Positions 17,198 through 29,219 of a stretch of DNA of 64,000 nt are shown one piece after another. A program made the translations under genes and the position numbers. Below the pieces are notes generated by a model. That model saw only the letters and a program-made list of their open reading frames with translations. It did no database searches and was not told the DNA's origin. Origin of the DNA: Macrostomum lignano (Eukaryota); the NCBI GenBank assembly GCA_002269645.1, contig NIVC01000135.1:186001-250000 (forward strand), in the 5' to 3' direction. The first letter of the stretch is position 1, and each line of letters begins with the position of its first letter.

Positions 17198-20100
17198 ATG
17201 TTAACTATGGGTGCAGCAGCTGTTGCTGTCAGCGAGGCTGTCAGGGACCTTCTGGCTCGGCGAAGCTTTTCCCGTGCTTTCAACCAGTCCGTCGCGTCCT
17301 CAGCTTTGACCTCCTCATCGTCAGCTGTTTCAACGTGTGGCAAGAGCAGCAGTGGTGGCGGCCAGTCCATCTGTGCCCGGCTGCGGTCAGCCATGGCCGC
17401 CCGCCAGACTGCTGACTCTGCTGTGCAGCAGATCTCACCCTGCGTGAACCCCATGGTGGCTTGGCGAGAGGAAATTGTCAGCTCTGTGAGCGACTTTGAG
17501 GTGGCCAGCGTTTTTCCTACGGTGAGTTTTCATTTGTGACCTTGGGATGGTCTGGGTTATTTCCGACACTGTGTCAGTTGAGTGACCTTGAGATTGGCTG
17601 GGTTATTTCCGACACTGTCAGTTGAGTGACCTTGAGATTGGCTGGGTTATTTCCAACACTGAGTCAGTTGATTTACTTTGAGATTGGCTGGGTTATTTCT
17701 GACCCTGTGCCAATTAAGTGACCTTGAGATGGGCTGGGTTATTTCCGATACTGTGTCAGTTGAGTGACCTTGGGCTGGGCTGGACAGCGGTTCCCCCAAA
17801 ATGACCTTGAGGTGAAGCAAAAGGGTGTTTTCCCTATTTAGTGACCCTGAGGTACCTATCGATGCGACCTGCAAGCGCCATTGCTACTCCTCATCCCCTC
17901 GCACAGCCCGTGGTGAACCTGTCCAGCTTCACCTCCTTCATCGACACACCGTCTGACCTCTCGCTCTGCCTGCGCGGCCGCCACCCGCTGCTGATTGAGG
18001 CCGAGTCCACCGACTCGCAGGAGTTCTGGGAGAGGCACTATGCAGCCGCCGCCGCCGCTGCAGCCGCCCCAGCCTCTTCTCCCTCATCAGTGAGCGCCCT
18101 GGAGTCATCCGGCGGCATCTGCAAGCTGGAGCGCCACAGCCGTCGTCTTGCCTGGCGCTCCGGCCCGGTGTTCGCCTTCCTGGTCACGTGCACCGAGGCG
18201 GAGCTCCGCCTGCTGTTCGACGCCTTCCTCACCAACCGTCTGGTTGCGGACGATCCGCTGAAGTTCAACCTGCTGCTGCTGGTCACTTTGGAGGGCCTGC
18301 CGATGAACCTCATCGGGGGCACCGCCAGCGAGCCGACCTCGCCTACTTCGGGCGCCGTTGCTGACACCCCGGGAGGTCGTGGCGACTTTCGCGACAGGCG
18401 GAGCAGCGAGCCGGCCGTGTCGGTCCGTCGGCTGGCGGGAGGTGGCAGCCGCAACCGCTGCCGCCTGCTGCAGGACATCAGCGAGATCGGCGGGGGCAGC
18501 GGCGGCTCCACGGGCAGCGTTGAGGATCTGCTGGCATCGGCATCGTCTCTGCTGAGGAGGACGGAGTCGGTGGGATTTGAGTAGCTGTGGGATTTGAGTA
18601 GTTATGGGATTTGAGTAGCTGTGGGATTTGAGTAGCTGTGGAATTTGAGTAGTTATGGGATTTGAGTAGCTGTGGGATTTGAGTAGCTGTGGGATTTGAG
18701 TAGCTGTGGGATTTGACTAGTTATGGGATTTGAGTAGCTGTGGGATTTGACTAGTTATGGGATTTGAGTAGCTGTGAGATTTGAGTAGTTATGGGATTTA
18801 AGTAGTTATGGGATTTGAGTAGCTGTGAGATTTGAGTAGTTATGGGATTTGAGTAGTTATGGGATTTGAGTAGTTACGGGATTTGAGTAGTTATGGGATT
18901 TGAGTAGCTGTGGGATTTGAGTAGCTGTGGGATTTGAGTAGTTATGGGATTTGAGTAGCTGTGGGATTTGAGTAGCTGTGGGATTTGAGTAGCTGTGGGA
19001 TTTGAGTAGTTACGGGATTTGAGCAGTTATGGGATTTGAGTAGCTGTGGGATTTGAGTAGCTGTGGGATTTGAGTAGCTGTGGGATTTGAGTAGCTGTGG
19101 GATTTGAGTAGCTGTGGGATTTGAATAGTTATGGGATTTGAGTAGCTGTGAGATTTGAGTAGTTATGGGATTTGAGTAGCTGTGAGATTTGAGTAGTTAT
19201 GGGATTTGAGTAGTTATGGGATTTGAGTAGCTGTGAGATTTGACTAGTTATGGGATTTGAGTAGCTGTGGGATTTGAGTAGTTATGGGATTTGAGTAGTT
19301 ATGGGATTTGAGTAGCTGTGGGATTTGAGTAGTTATGGGATTTGAGTAGTTATGGGATTTGAGTAGCTGTGGGATTTGAGTAGTTATGGGATTTGAGTAG
19401 CTGTGGGATTTGAGTAGCTTTGGGATTTGAGTAGTTATGGGATTTAAGTAGTTATGGGATTTAAGTAGTTATGGGATTTGAGCAGTCATGGGATTTGAGT
19501 AGTTATGGGATTTAGTAGCTGTGGGATTTGAGTAGCCGTGGGATTTGAGTAGTTATGGGATTTGAGTAGCTGCGGGATTAACAGCGCACCCTGTTTCCCC
19601 CCCCCCTTCGCAGCAGTCCAGCCAGCTGTCTGGCGGCAGGCCAAGTGACCCGCCGCAGGCGCCCTTGGGCCAGGCCAAGCCTCCCAACCTCGCTGTCCTC
19701 ACCGACGACTCATCAGCAGCCTCCGCCTCATCCCTGGCCGCCGGTTTCCGCTCCCTCACCGACCCCTTCGACACGATCGTTCGCCAGCTGCCGCGCTCGG
19801 AGCTGTGCCGCAGCGAGGCGGCCTGGGCCACCGTCTGCCGCGTCCTCGCCGTGCCGCCGTCTGCCTCGTTGACTCCGACGGAGGCGGCCACGGTGGCTCG
19901 GCGATTCCTCGACGAAGCGTCTGGCTGCCTCATCGCCTGCTGCGTCGGCGAGGCCGACCTGCGGAGCGAAGCCGGTCTGGCTGCCGCGCTGCCAGGAGTT
20001 CAGCTGGAGGTCGCCAAGGCTGCCGACTGCGGCGACGGCTGGGCCGGGTTCGAATCCGTCGGAGGGGGGAAGATCGGCCTGCTGGTCTGGGTGAGCTGGT

Positions 20101-20674
20101 GATACAACTACTACTACTGCTACTGCTACTACTGCTACTACTACTGCTACTACTACTACTACTACTGCTACTACTACTACTACTACTGCTACTACTACCA
20201 CTACTACTGCTACTAATACTACTACTACTACTACTGCTACTACTACTACTACTACTGCTACTACTACTACTACTACTGCTACTACTACTACTGCTACTAC
20301 TACTACTGCTACTACTACTACTACTGCTACTACTACTACTGCTACTACTACTACTACTACTGCTACTACTACTACTACTACTACTGCTACTACTACTACT
20401 ACTACTACTGCTACTACTACTACTACTACTACTACTACTGCTACTACTACTGCTGCTACTACTACTACTGCTACTACTACTACTACTACTGCTACTACTA
20501 CTACTACTACTACTGCTACTACTACTACTACTACTACTACTACTGCTACTACTACTACTGCTACTACTACTACTACTACTACTGCTACTACTACTACTAC
20601 TACTGCTACTACTACTACTACTACTGCTACTACTACTACTGCTACTACTACTAATGCTACTACTACTACTACTG

Positions 20675-20721
<47 letters not shown>

Positions 20722-20722
20722 G

Positions 20723-20778
<56 letters not shown>

Positions 20779-20839
20779 GCTACTACTACTACTACTGCTA
20801 CTACTACTGCTACTACTGCTACTACTACCACTACTACTG

Positions 20840-20879
<40 letters not shown>

Positions 20880-23800
20880 TACTACTACTACTGCTACTAC
20901 TACTACTGCTACTACTGCTACTACTACTACTAGTAGTACTACTAATACTCTCATCTAGCTCCCCTTTTAGGTTTTCAAGCATCCAAAAGTCATCAGCCTA
21001 ATTTTCACTTTGATCATTTCTTTTTTTGTGGCTAGCTGCTGGCAAAGCTTTCTAATCCAGTGCAGAAAAAATGCACATCTGCCTCTATTCGAGGCACTAT
21101 CCGAGATCGTCTGTCCATCCAGTCTTGTCCAAAGGAATGCATACTCTTCCTGACCCGAATCTGCTGGCGAGTTTTGTATTTCAGAAAGGGTATCAGGGTT
21201 CAGGTACTCTGTTAATCTGACACCGGATTTGGACAGTCAATCACAAATCCATGCAGCTCGGGATGCTGGCTTGTTATCTAGTTCCACTTCTATTCCTTTG
21301 AGCATTGATCCAGTGCTCAGTAAATCTTCTCAAAATATGCCTAGGCTAATAATTTTGCCCCTGGAAAGTGCAACTCAGAATTACCTTAGAATGAGAGGTG
21401 AAGCGATGGCTGAGTGAGAGTGATATTCAAAGTGTGAGGCAGTGAGACTGAGGGGATGAGTGAAACTTAGATTGATAGTGAGTTTGATAGTGAGACTGGC
21501 AGTGAGACTGAAAGTGAGATTGATAGTGAGATTGATAGTGAGACTGATAGTGAGATTGATAGTGAGATTGATAGTGAGACTGATAGTGAGATTGATAGTG
21601 AGATTGATAGTGAGACTGATAGTGAGATTGATAGTGAGATTGATAGTGAGACTGATAGTGAGATTGATAGTGAGATTGATAGTGAGATTGATAGTGAGAC
21701 TGATAGTGAGATTGATAGTGAGACTGATAGTGAGATTGTTATTAGTGAGACTAATAGTGACATTGATAGTGAGACTGAGAGTGAGATTGTTATTAGTGAG
21801 ACTAATAGTGACATTGATAGTGAGACTGAGAGTGAGACGGTTGGGAAGCACACCGACTGATTCCTCTTCATGACTAAGTGAAGACTGGGACTGCATTGGC
21901 AAACCCCAAATGCATTTTGCTGCGATACCCCAATTCCCCAGCCCGAGTCGCAGGCCGGCCCCAGCACGGGCGCGCTGGCCGGCGTCTTGAAATTCGCCGG
22001 GGTTCGCACGGTCTCGCCGGGAAGTCTCCAGCTGCCGCAGCTGCAGCCCATCTACTTTGTGTCATTGGATGGTCAGGTATGTTGCTGCTGATTGGTGCTT
22101 GACCCCCTGTGTCATTGACCCCCTGTGTCATTGACCCCCTGTGTCATTGACCCCCCTGGGTCATTGACCCCCTATGTATCCTTGGCCCCCCTGGGTCATT
22201 GACCCCCTATGTGTCCTTGGCCCCCCTGGGTCATTGACCCCCAATGTGTCATTGACCCTCTGGGTCATTGACCCCCTATGTATCCTTGGCCCCCCTGGGT
22301 CATTGACCCCCTATGTGTCCTTGGCCCCCCTGGGTCATTGACCCCCAATGTGTCATTGACCCTCTGGGTCATCGACCTCCTGTGTCCTTGACCCCTGTGT
22401 CATTGACCTCCTATGTGTCATGACCCCAATGTGTCATTGACCCCCGTCATTGATCCCCCTGGGCCCCTGTGTCATTGACCCCCGTCATTGACCCCTGTGA
22501 CCACCTATTGTCTCCTTGTTGACCCCGCCGCACTAATTCACAGGCTCTGGACTCGGTGCTGCCCGCCCCCTCCGGTGCCAGCCAGGACTTGCTGACCTAT
22601 CAGCCGAATCGGCACCTCAGACTTCGTCCATCGCCTCAGGACTCTTTCTCGGTGTCTCAGTCAGCCGACGGTGCCTCGCTGACAGTCCCCGTGGTCTTCG
22701 TTGACGAGTCCTCCGCTGCGCCAGAGCGTCTGGCTGGGGAGTTCGACCTGCGGCAGTTCTGCCAGTACAGGGAGGCCAAGCTGCTGGGCGGATGCCTCAT
22801 GTACTCGCAGGTTATGGAGTCGTCCTGGGATCTGATCACGGGGTGAGCTGGGCTGCTGGTCTGAGCTGTAAGGGTGGGAACCCTTTCACCCACTTGACCC
22901 ATTGAACCAAAAAGCTCTTCGACTCAAATGACTTGACCCGATAAAATCTTGACCGAAATGAGCACATTGACCCAGCAAACTCCATGACCCAACCCAATAA
23001 AGACATTGACTAAGTAAACTTCATGACCCTGTAAACTTCATGACCCTGTAAACTTCATGACCCTGTAAACTTCATGACCCTGTAAACTTCATGACCCTGT
23101 AAACTTCATGACCCAGTAAACTTCATGACCCAGTAAACTTTATGACCCTGTAAACTTCATGACCCAGTAAACTTCATGACCCAGTAAACTTTATGACCCA
23201 GTAAACTTCATGACCCAGTAAACTTCATGACCCAGTAAACTTCATGACCCAGAAAACTTCATGACCCAGTAAACTTCATGACCCTGTAAACTTCATGACC
23301 CAGTAAACTTCATGACCCAGAAAACTTCATGACCCAGAAACTTCATGACCCAGTAAACTTCATGACCCAGAAAACTTCATGACCCAGTAAACTTCATGAC
23401 CCTGTAAACTTCATGACCCAGTAAACTTCATGACCCAGAAAACTTCATGACCCAGAAAACTTCATGACCCAGAAAACTTCATGACCCAGAAAACTTCATG
23501 ACCCAGTAAACTTCATGACCCTGTAAACTTCATGACCCAGTAAACTTTATGACCCTGTAAACTTCATGACCCAGAAACTTCATGACCCAGAAAACTTCAT
23601 GACCCAGAAAACTTCATGACCCAGTAAACTTCATGACCCAGAAACTTCATGACCCAGAAAACTTCATGACCCAGTAAACTTCATGACCCTGTAAACTTCA
23701 TGACCCAGTAAACTTCATGACCCAGAAACTTCATGACCCAGTAAACTTCATGACCCAGAAAACTTCATGACCCAGTAAACTTCATGACCCTGTAAACTTC

Positions 23801-26800
23801 ATGACCCAGTAAACTTCATGACCCAGAAAACTTCATGACCCAGAAAACTTCTGACCCAGAAAACTTCATGACCCAGAAAACTTCATGACCCAGTAAACTT
23901 CATGACCCTGTAAACTTCATGACCCAGTAAACTTTATGACCCAGTAAACTTCATGACCCAGAAACTTCATGACCCAGAAAACTTCATGACCCAGAAAACT
24001 TCATGACCCAGTAAACTTCATGACCCAGAAACTTCATGACCCAGAAAACTTCATGACCCAGAAAACTTCATGACCCAGTAAACTTCATGACCCAGTAAAC
24101 TTCATGACCCAGAAACTTCATGACCCAGAAAACTTCATGACCCAGTAAACTTCATGACCCAGAAACTTCATGACCCAGTAAACTTCATGACCCAGAAACT
24201 TCATGACCCAGTAAACTTCATGACCCAGAAACTTCATGACCCAGTAAACTTCATGACCCTGTAAACTTCATGACCCAGTAAACTTCATGACCCTGTAAAC
24301 TCCATGACCCTGTAAACTCCATGACCCAATAAACATCTTGACCCAATAAACATCTTGACCCAAATGAACACATTGACCCAGTAAACTTCATGACCCAATA
24401 AACACACTGACCCAGTAAACTCCTTGACCCAATAGACGCCTTGACCCAATAGACACCATGGATATAGGCATTGATCTACTTACAGTAGGATAAAAATTTC
24501 TAACATAAGATTCGAACCCCCGCCCCATTGTCAGGCTGCTACCCCGGCTACCCGTCAACTCCGGCCTGTTGATCGTGTCCGGCATCCAGCTTCGCGGCCG
24601 CGGCCGAGATGAGAACGTCTGGCTGGCACCGGCCGGGTCAGCCCAGCTGTCTCTGCACCTCAGCCTGCCTGTCGGATCTGCGCTGGCCTCGAAGCCTTCG
24701 CTGCTGCAACACGTTGTGGCTCTGGCCGTGCTGAGGGCCGTCAAGTCCGTGCCGGGATGTGCGGTGAGCAGCCCATCTCATAGTCCCGGGTTCGGTTCTC
24801 ACAGTCCTGAGTTCGAATCTCATAGTCCCGTGTTAGAATCCCATAGTCCTGGGTTAGAATCCCATAGTCCTGGGTTCGAATCCCACAGTCCCGAGTTCGA
24901 ATCTCATAGTCCCGAGTTCGAATCCCATATGTTTTGGTTTGAATCTCATAGCATAGGTTCGAACCCCTATAGTCCCGAGTTCGAATCCCATAGTCTTGGG
25001 TTCAAATCTCACAGTCCCGAGTTCGAATCCCATAGTCCCGGGTTCGAATCCCATAGTCTTGAGTTCGAATCCCATAGTCCCGGGTTCGAATCTCACAGTC
25101 TCGGGTTCAAATTCCATTTTTTATTCGAATCTCATAGCATAGGTTTAAATCCAATAGTCCCGATTTCGAATTTTATAGTCCCGGTTTCGAATCCCATAAT
25201 GCCGCTCATATACAATTTAAATATCCCGCCAACGCTCTCCAGGACATGGACCTGAAGATCAAGTGGCCGAATGACATTCACATGCCCGGCCGCGGCAAGG
25301 TGTGCGGCATTCTGGTCAAGGCCAGCACATCGAAAGACTCGCTGTCCGCGGCCATTGGTGAGCGGCTGACCTGATTGCGACTAGATCTTGAACTTGAGAA
25401 ATCCCTGAAATTTTTTATCCCTTTGGTCGGCTTGACTTGGGGTTAACTCAAAAAGATTTTGCTTTTTCGGATCCTTTTGGGATAAAATCCCACTGAATCC
25501 AAATCCTCTAAACTTAAATTCTCTTTTCTACATTTTAAATCCCCTTTCTACACTTAAAATCCCCTTTCTACATTTTAAAACCCTCTTTCTAAACTTCAAA
25601 TCCCCTTTCTACACCTCAAATCCCCTTTCTACACTTCAAATCCCCTTTCTACACTTAAAATCCTCTTTCTAAACTTCAAATCCCCTTTCTACACCTCAAA
25701 TCCCCTTTCTACACTTCAAATCCTCTTTCTACACTTAAAATCCTCTTTCTACCCCTCAAATTCTCTTTCTACACCTCAAATCCCCTTTCTACCCCTCAAA
25801 TCCCCTTTCTACACCTCAAATCCCCTTTCTACACCTCAAATTCCCTTTCTACACCTCAAATCCCCTTTCTACCCCTTAAATCCCTTTTCTACACCTCAAA
25901 TCCCCTTTCTACCCCTCAAATCCCCTTTCTACACCTCAAATCCCCTTTCTACACCTCAAATTCCCTTTCTACACCTCAAATCCCCTTTCTACCCCTTAAA
26001 TCCCTTTTCTACACCTCAAATTCCCTTTCTACACCTCAAATCCCCTTTCTACACCTCAAGTCCCCTTTCTACATCTCAAGTCCCCTTTCTACCCCTCAAA
26101 TCCGCTTTCTACCCCTCAAATCCCCTTTCTACACCTCAAATCCTCCTTCTACACCTCAAATCCCCTTTCTACCTATCAAATCCCCTTTCTACACATCAAA
26201 TCCCCTTTCTACCCCTCAAATCCCCTTTCTACACCTCAAATCCCCTTTCTACACATCAAATCCCTTTTCTACCCCTCAAATCCCCTTTCTACTCATCAAA
26301 TCCCTTTTCTACCCCTCAAATCCCCTTTCTATCCCTCAAATCCCCTTTCTACACCTCAAATCCCCTTTCTATACTCCAATTCCCCTTTCTATACTCCAAT
26401 TCCCCTTTCTATACTCCAAATCCCTCAACCTTGACACTGCAGGCATTGGCATCAACGTCAGCAATCGAACTCCTGGCAGCTGCTTGGCGGCCGCATTTGA
26501 CTCTTGCGACCGACCGCTCCCTGCCGCTCTGACTCGAGAGGTGGTCACCGCCAGGGTGGTCACCGAACTCGAAGCCATGGTGACTGACTTTCAGTTTGAA
26601 GCGTTTAGGAAACTTTATACCGATAATTGGATGCACAGGTATGAGTCTCCCAGCTGTGCTATGAGCTCGCATGCTGTCTACTCTGTCTACTAATCTATCT
26701 ACTTCTGTCTGCTAATCTACCCACTTCTCTGTCTACTAATTTATCTACTTCTCTGTCTGCTAATTTATCTACTTCTCTGTCTGCTAATCTACCTACTTCT

Positions 26801-27434
26801 CTGTCTACTAATCTATCTACTTCTCTGTCTGTCTACTAATTTATCTACTTCTCTGTCTACTAATCTACCTACTTCTCTGTCTGCTAATCTACCTACTTCT
26901 CTGTCTACTGTTCTATCTCTTTCTCAATCTACTGTTCTATCTCTTTCTCAATCTACTTTTTTCTGCTATTCTATCTATTTATCTATCTACTGCTTTATCT
27001 ACTTCTTTGTTGTTCTATCTACTTCTCTGTCGACTAATCTATCTGCTTACCTGTCTGCTAATCTCTCTACTTTTCAATTAAATTTTTTATCTACTTCTCT
27101 AACTGCTACTCTGTCTACTTCTCTATCTACTTTTTTATCTACCCCTCTGTCTATTAATCTATCTACTTCTCCGGCTACTATTACATGTATGTCTACTTCT
27201 CTGTCTACCAACCACCCACTCCCTCCCCAACTCAGCGACCAAGTGGTGGACGCGCGCCTCTCCTCTCAGCAGCTGGGCGCCTCAGCCGATGGTGTCACGA
27301 TCAGCTGCCGGATTCTGGGTATCGATGAGGCCGGATTTCTCCGGGTGCGCGATCTGAAGTCCGGGCGCTGTCTGACTCTGCACCCCGACGGCAACAGCTT
27401 CGACATGACCCGCAGCCTTCTGGTGCCCAAGTAG
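17198..27434 (+). CDS. HLCS: Holocarboxylase synthetase / biotin-protein ligase, 9 exons
   Basis: Exons 17198-17521, 17907-18569, 19614-20090, 21942-22076, 22544-22842, 24535-24763, 25243-25357, 26443-26638 and 27236-27434 join in frame through GT-AG introns. Catalytic motifs LIVSGIQLRGRGRDENVWLAPAG, QHVVALAV, KIKWPNDI, KVCGILV, IGIGINVSN, GIDEAGFL and LHPDGNSFDMTRSLLVPK match eukaryotic HLCS. Boundaries of exons 2-4 are less certain. Confidence 0.92.
17535..17790 (+). repeat. Imperfect ~46-bp tandem repeat, HLCS intron 1
   Basis: GTGACCTTGAGATTGGCTGGGTTATTTCCGACACTGTGTCAGTTGA-like units. Confidence 0.85.
18570..19577 (+). repeat. 17-bp minisatellite (GTGGGATTTGAGTAGCT), HLCS intron 2
   Basis: Seen directly; the first unit supplies the GT donor. 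Confidence 0.96.
20107..20946 (+). repeat. (CTA)n/(CTG) trinucleotide array, HLCS intron 3
   Basis: Seen directly; source of the poly-L, poly-V and poly-S ORFs. Confidence 0.98.
21440..21838 (+). repeat. 12-bp minisatellite (GATAGTGAGA[T/C]T), HLCS intron 3
   Basis: Seen directly. Confidence 0.95.
22095..22500 (+). repeat. Imperfect ~16-bp minisatellite (TGTGTCATTGACCCCC), HLCS intron 4
   Basis: Seen directly. Confidence 0.9.
23015..24455 (+). repeat. 17-bp minisatellite (AAACTTCATGACCCAGT), HLCS intron 5
   Basis: Seen directly. Confidence 0.96.
24775..25195 (+). repeat. 21-bp minisatellite (GTTCGAATCCCATAGTCCCGA), HLCS intron 6
   Basis: Seen directly. Confidence 0.92.
25530..26425 (+). 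repeat. 20-bp minisatellite (AAATCCCCTTTCTACACCTC), HLCS intron 7
   Basis: Seen directly. Confidence 0.95.
26680..27210 (+). repeat. Degenerate ~24-bp CT-rich minisatellite, HLCS intron 8
   Basis: CTAATCTATCTACTTCTCTGTCT-like units. Confidence 0.85.
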
Positions 27435-28092
27435 CAGCCCTCTATACAGTTTCTGAGTCATTTTTTATTCATTTAATCGAATTTAAACATTAAAATGCGA
27501 ATTTTTCTACTCACAATAAGTAGACGTCAAAGAGCGTGGTTGAAATTTTTGTATACAAGGAAAAAGTTTCTTTACTATTTTGCACAGCAGATTTTTTTCA
27601 TAATTTAGACTTTATCTGTTGTTTTCATCTATTTTCAAAGGTAGAGTGCTGGATTTCACTGGTTAGAGCTTTGAGTGACTGACAGTTTTATATTAATAAA
27701 TTTATTACCAATTTTTGCACTGTTTTCCGCATTTTATTCTTCCCATAGACCTGTTTTTTTTCTGTCTGTTGTTGCATGCAAAATTTTTCTTGTTTTGCTC
27801 CTACTATCAGTAGTCGGAATTGCATTTTTTCTTTAAACCAATTGGGATGGATCGGAGTGGACAGCCGTTAAGACAGGGGATCTTTTCACCTAGATAAGGT
27901 CTAAAACTCGAATACCTGGCATTGCTCTTCAGGCGATTTCGAGGACTCTTCACAACCGAGATAAATTTATAGGGCTTAAGATGTGAGCTCACGCACAGCT
28001 GTCTTTGCTGATTTCCTATTTGGCTGCTCTGCTAAGTGCATGCATAGTGCACTGCTAATAGCTTTTCACTTAGATAAGCTTCTATGCGCATT

Positions 28093-28670
28093 CATTCACC
28101 TTCATTCACGGTCCTCATTCACCCTCATTTACCTTCATTCACGGTCCTCATTCACCCTCATTTACCTTCATTCACGGTCCTCATTCACCCTCATTTACCC
28201 TCTCATTCACGGTCTTCATTCACCCTCATTTACCCTCTCATTCACGGTCCTCATTCACCCTCATTTACCTTCATTCACGGTCCTCATTCACCCTCATTTA
28301 CCCTCTCATTCACGGTCCTCATTCACCCTCATTTACCTTCATTCACGGTCCTCATTCACCCTCATTTACCTTCATTCACGGTCCTCATTCACCCTCATTT
28401 ACCCTCTCATTCACGGTCCTCATTCACCCTCATTTACCTTCATTCACGGTCCTCATTCACCCTCATTTACCTTCATTCACGGTCCTCATTCACCCTCATT
28501 TACCCTCTCATTCACGGTCCTCATTCACCCTCATTTACCCTCTCATTCACGGTCCTCATTCACCCTCATTTACCCTCTCATTCACGGTCCTCATTCACCC
28601 TCATTTACCCTCATTTTCTCTTGTTTACCCTCATTTACCCTTAGTCAATCTTATTCACCCTCATTCCAAT
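28093..28670 (+). repeat. 33/39-bp minisatellite
   Basis: CATTCACGGTCCTCATTCACCCTCATTTACC[TT/CTCT] units. Confidence 0.93.
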
Positions 28671-29219
28671 CTATGAACTTTTGTCACCCCCGTTCACCCT
28701 ATCAATTCTCATTCACGTATTTTGTATTTTGTATTTTGTATTTCAAGTTTACACTAACCAGTAACTTATATTCATCCCTAGTGACTATTTTTCCCTATCG
28801 CTCACTACTATTCACTGCTAAATACGCCAAGTCTTCATTCCACAGTCAGGAAATATTTTGCAATAAAAAGTCAAGCTGCAACTTTTCTGTGTAATTTTAG
28901 TTGTATACATAGACTTTCCGTGTGAAGATTATTGATTATTGCCGAATCGGAGTTCCTTGTCAACACAATTCGTTCGCACAAAAAGCCGAACTGTTGAATC
29001 AGTTAAAAACTAAATATACTGTTTTGATAACACTGCTGCACACGCACATTTGCAAGTGCTTAATGCTTATACTTTATACAGATTGGCGAAATCTCAATGC
29101 CTATTAGATCAAACTTATTTCAAAACAAACATAAAAGCAAATCATTTCTGCGATTGTCAGCTTATTCTGCTTTCGCGATCAGACTAGAAAAGTTCTGTAC
29201 AGGCCCAACAGCAAGTTCA

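Noticed and set aside
18570-19577. Telomere-like repeat
   Set aside because: The 17-bp unit contains GGGATTT but is not a TTAGGG-type array, and it is intronic.
19728-21001. Long poly-Leu, poly-Val and poly-Ser ORFs (350-408 aa)
   Set aside because: Translations of the intronic (CTA)n array; only 19614-20090 is a real HLCS exon.
23015-24455. Regular arrays as possible CRISPR loci
   Set aside because: Units are contiguous without unique spacers, lie in spliceosomal introns, and no cas genes are present. The same applies to all arrays in the window.
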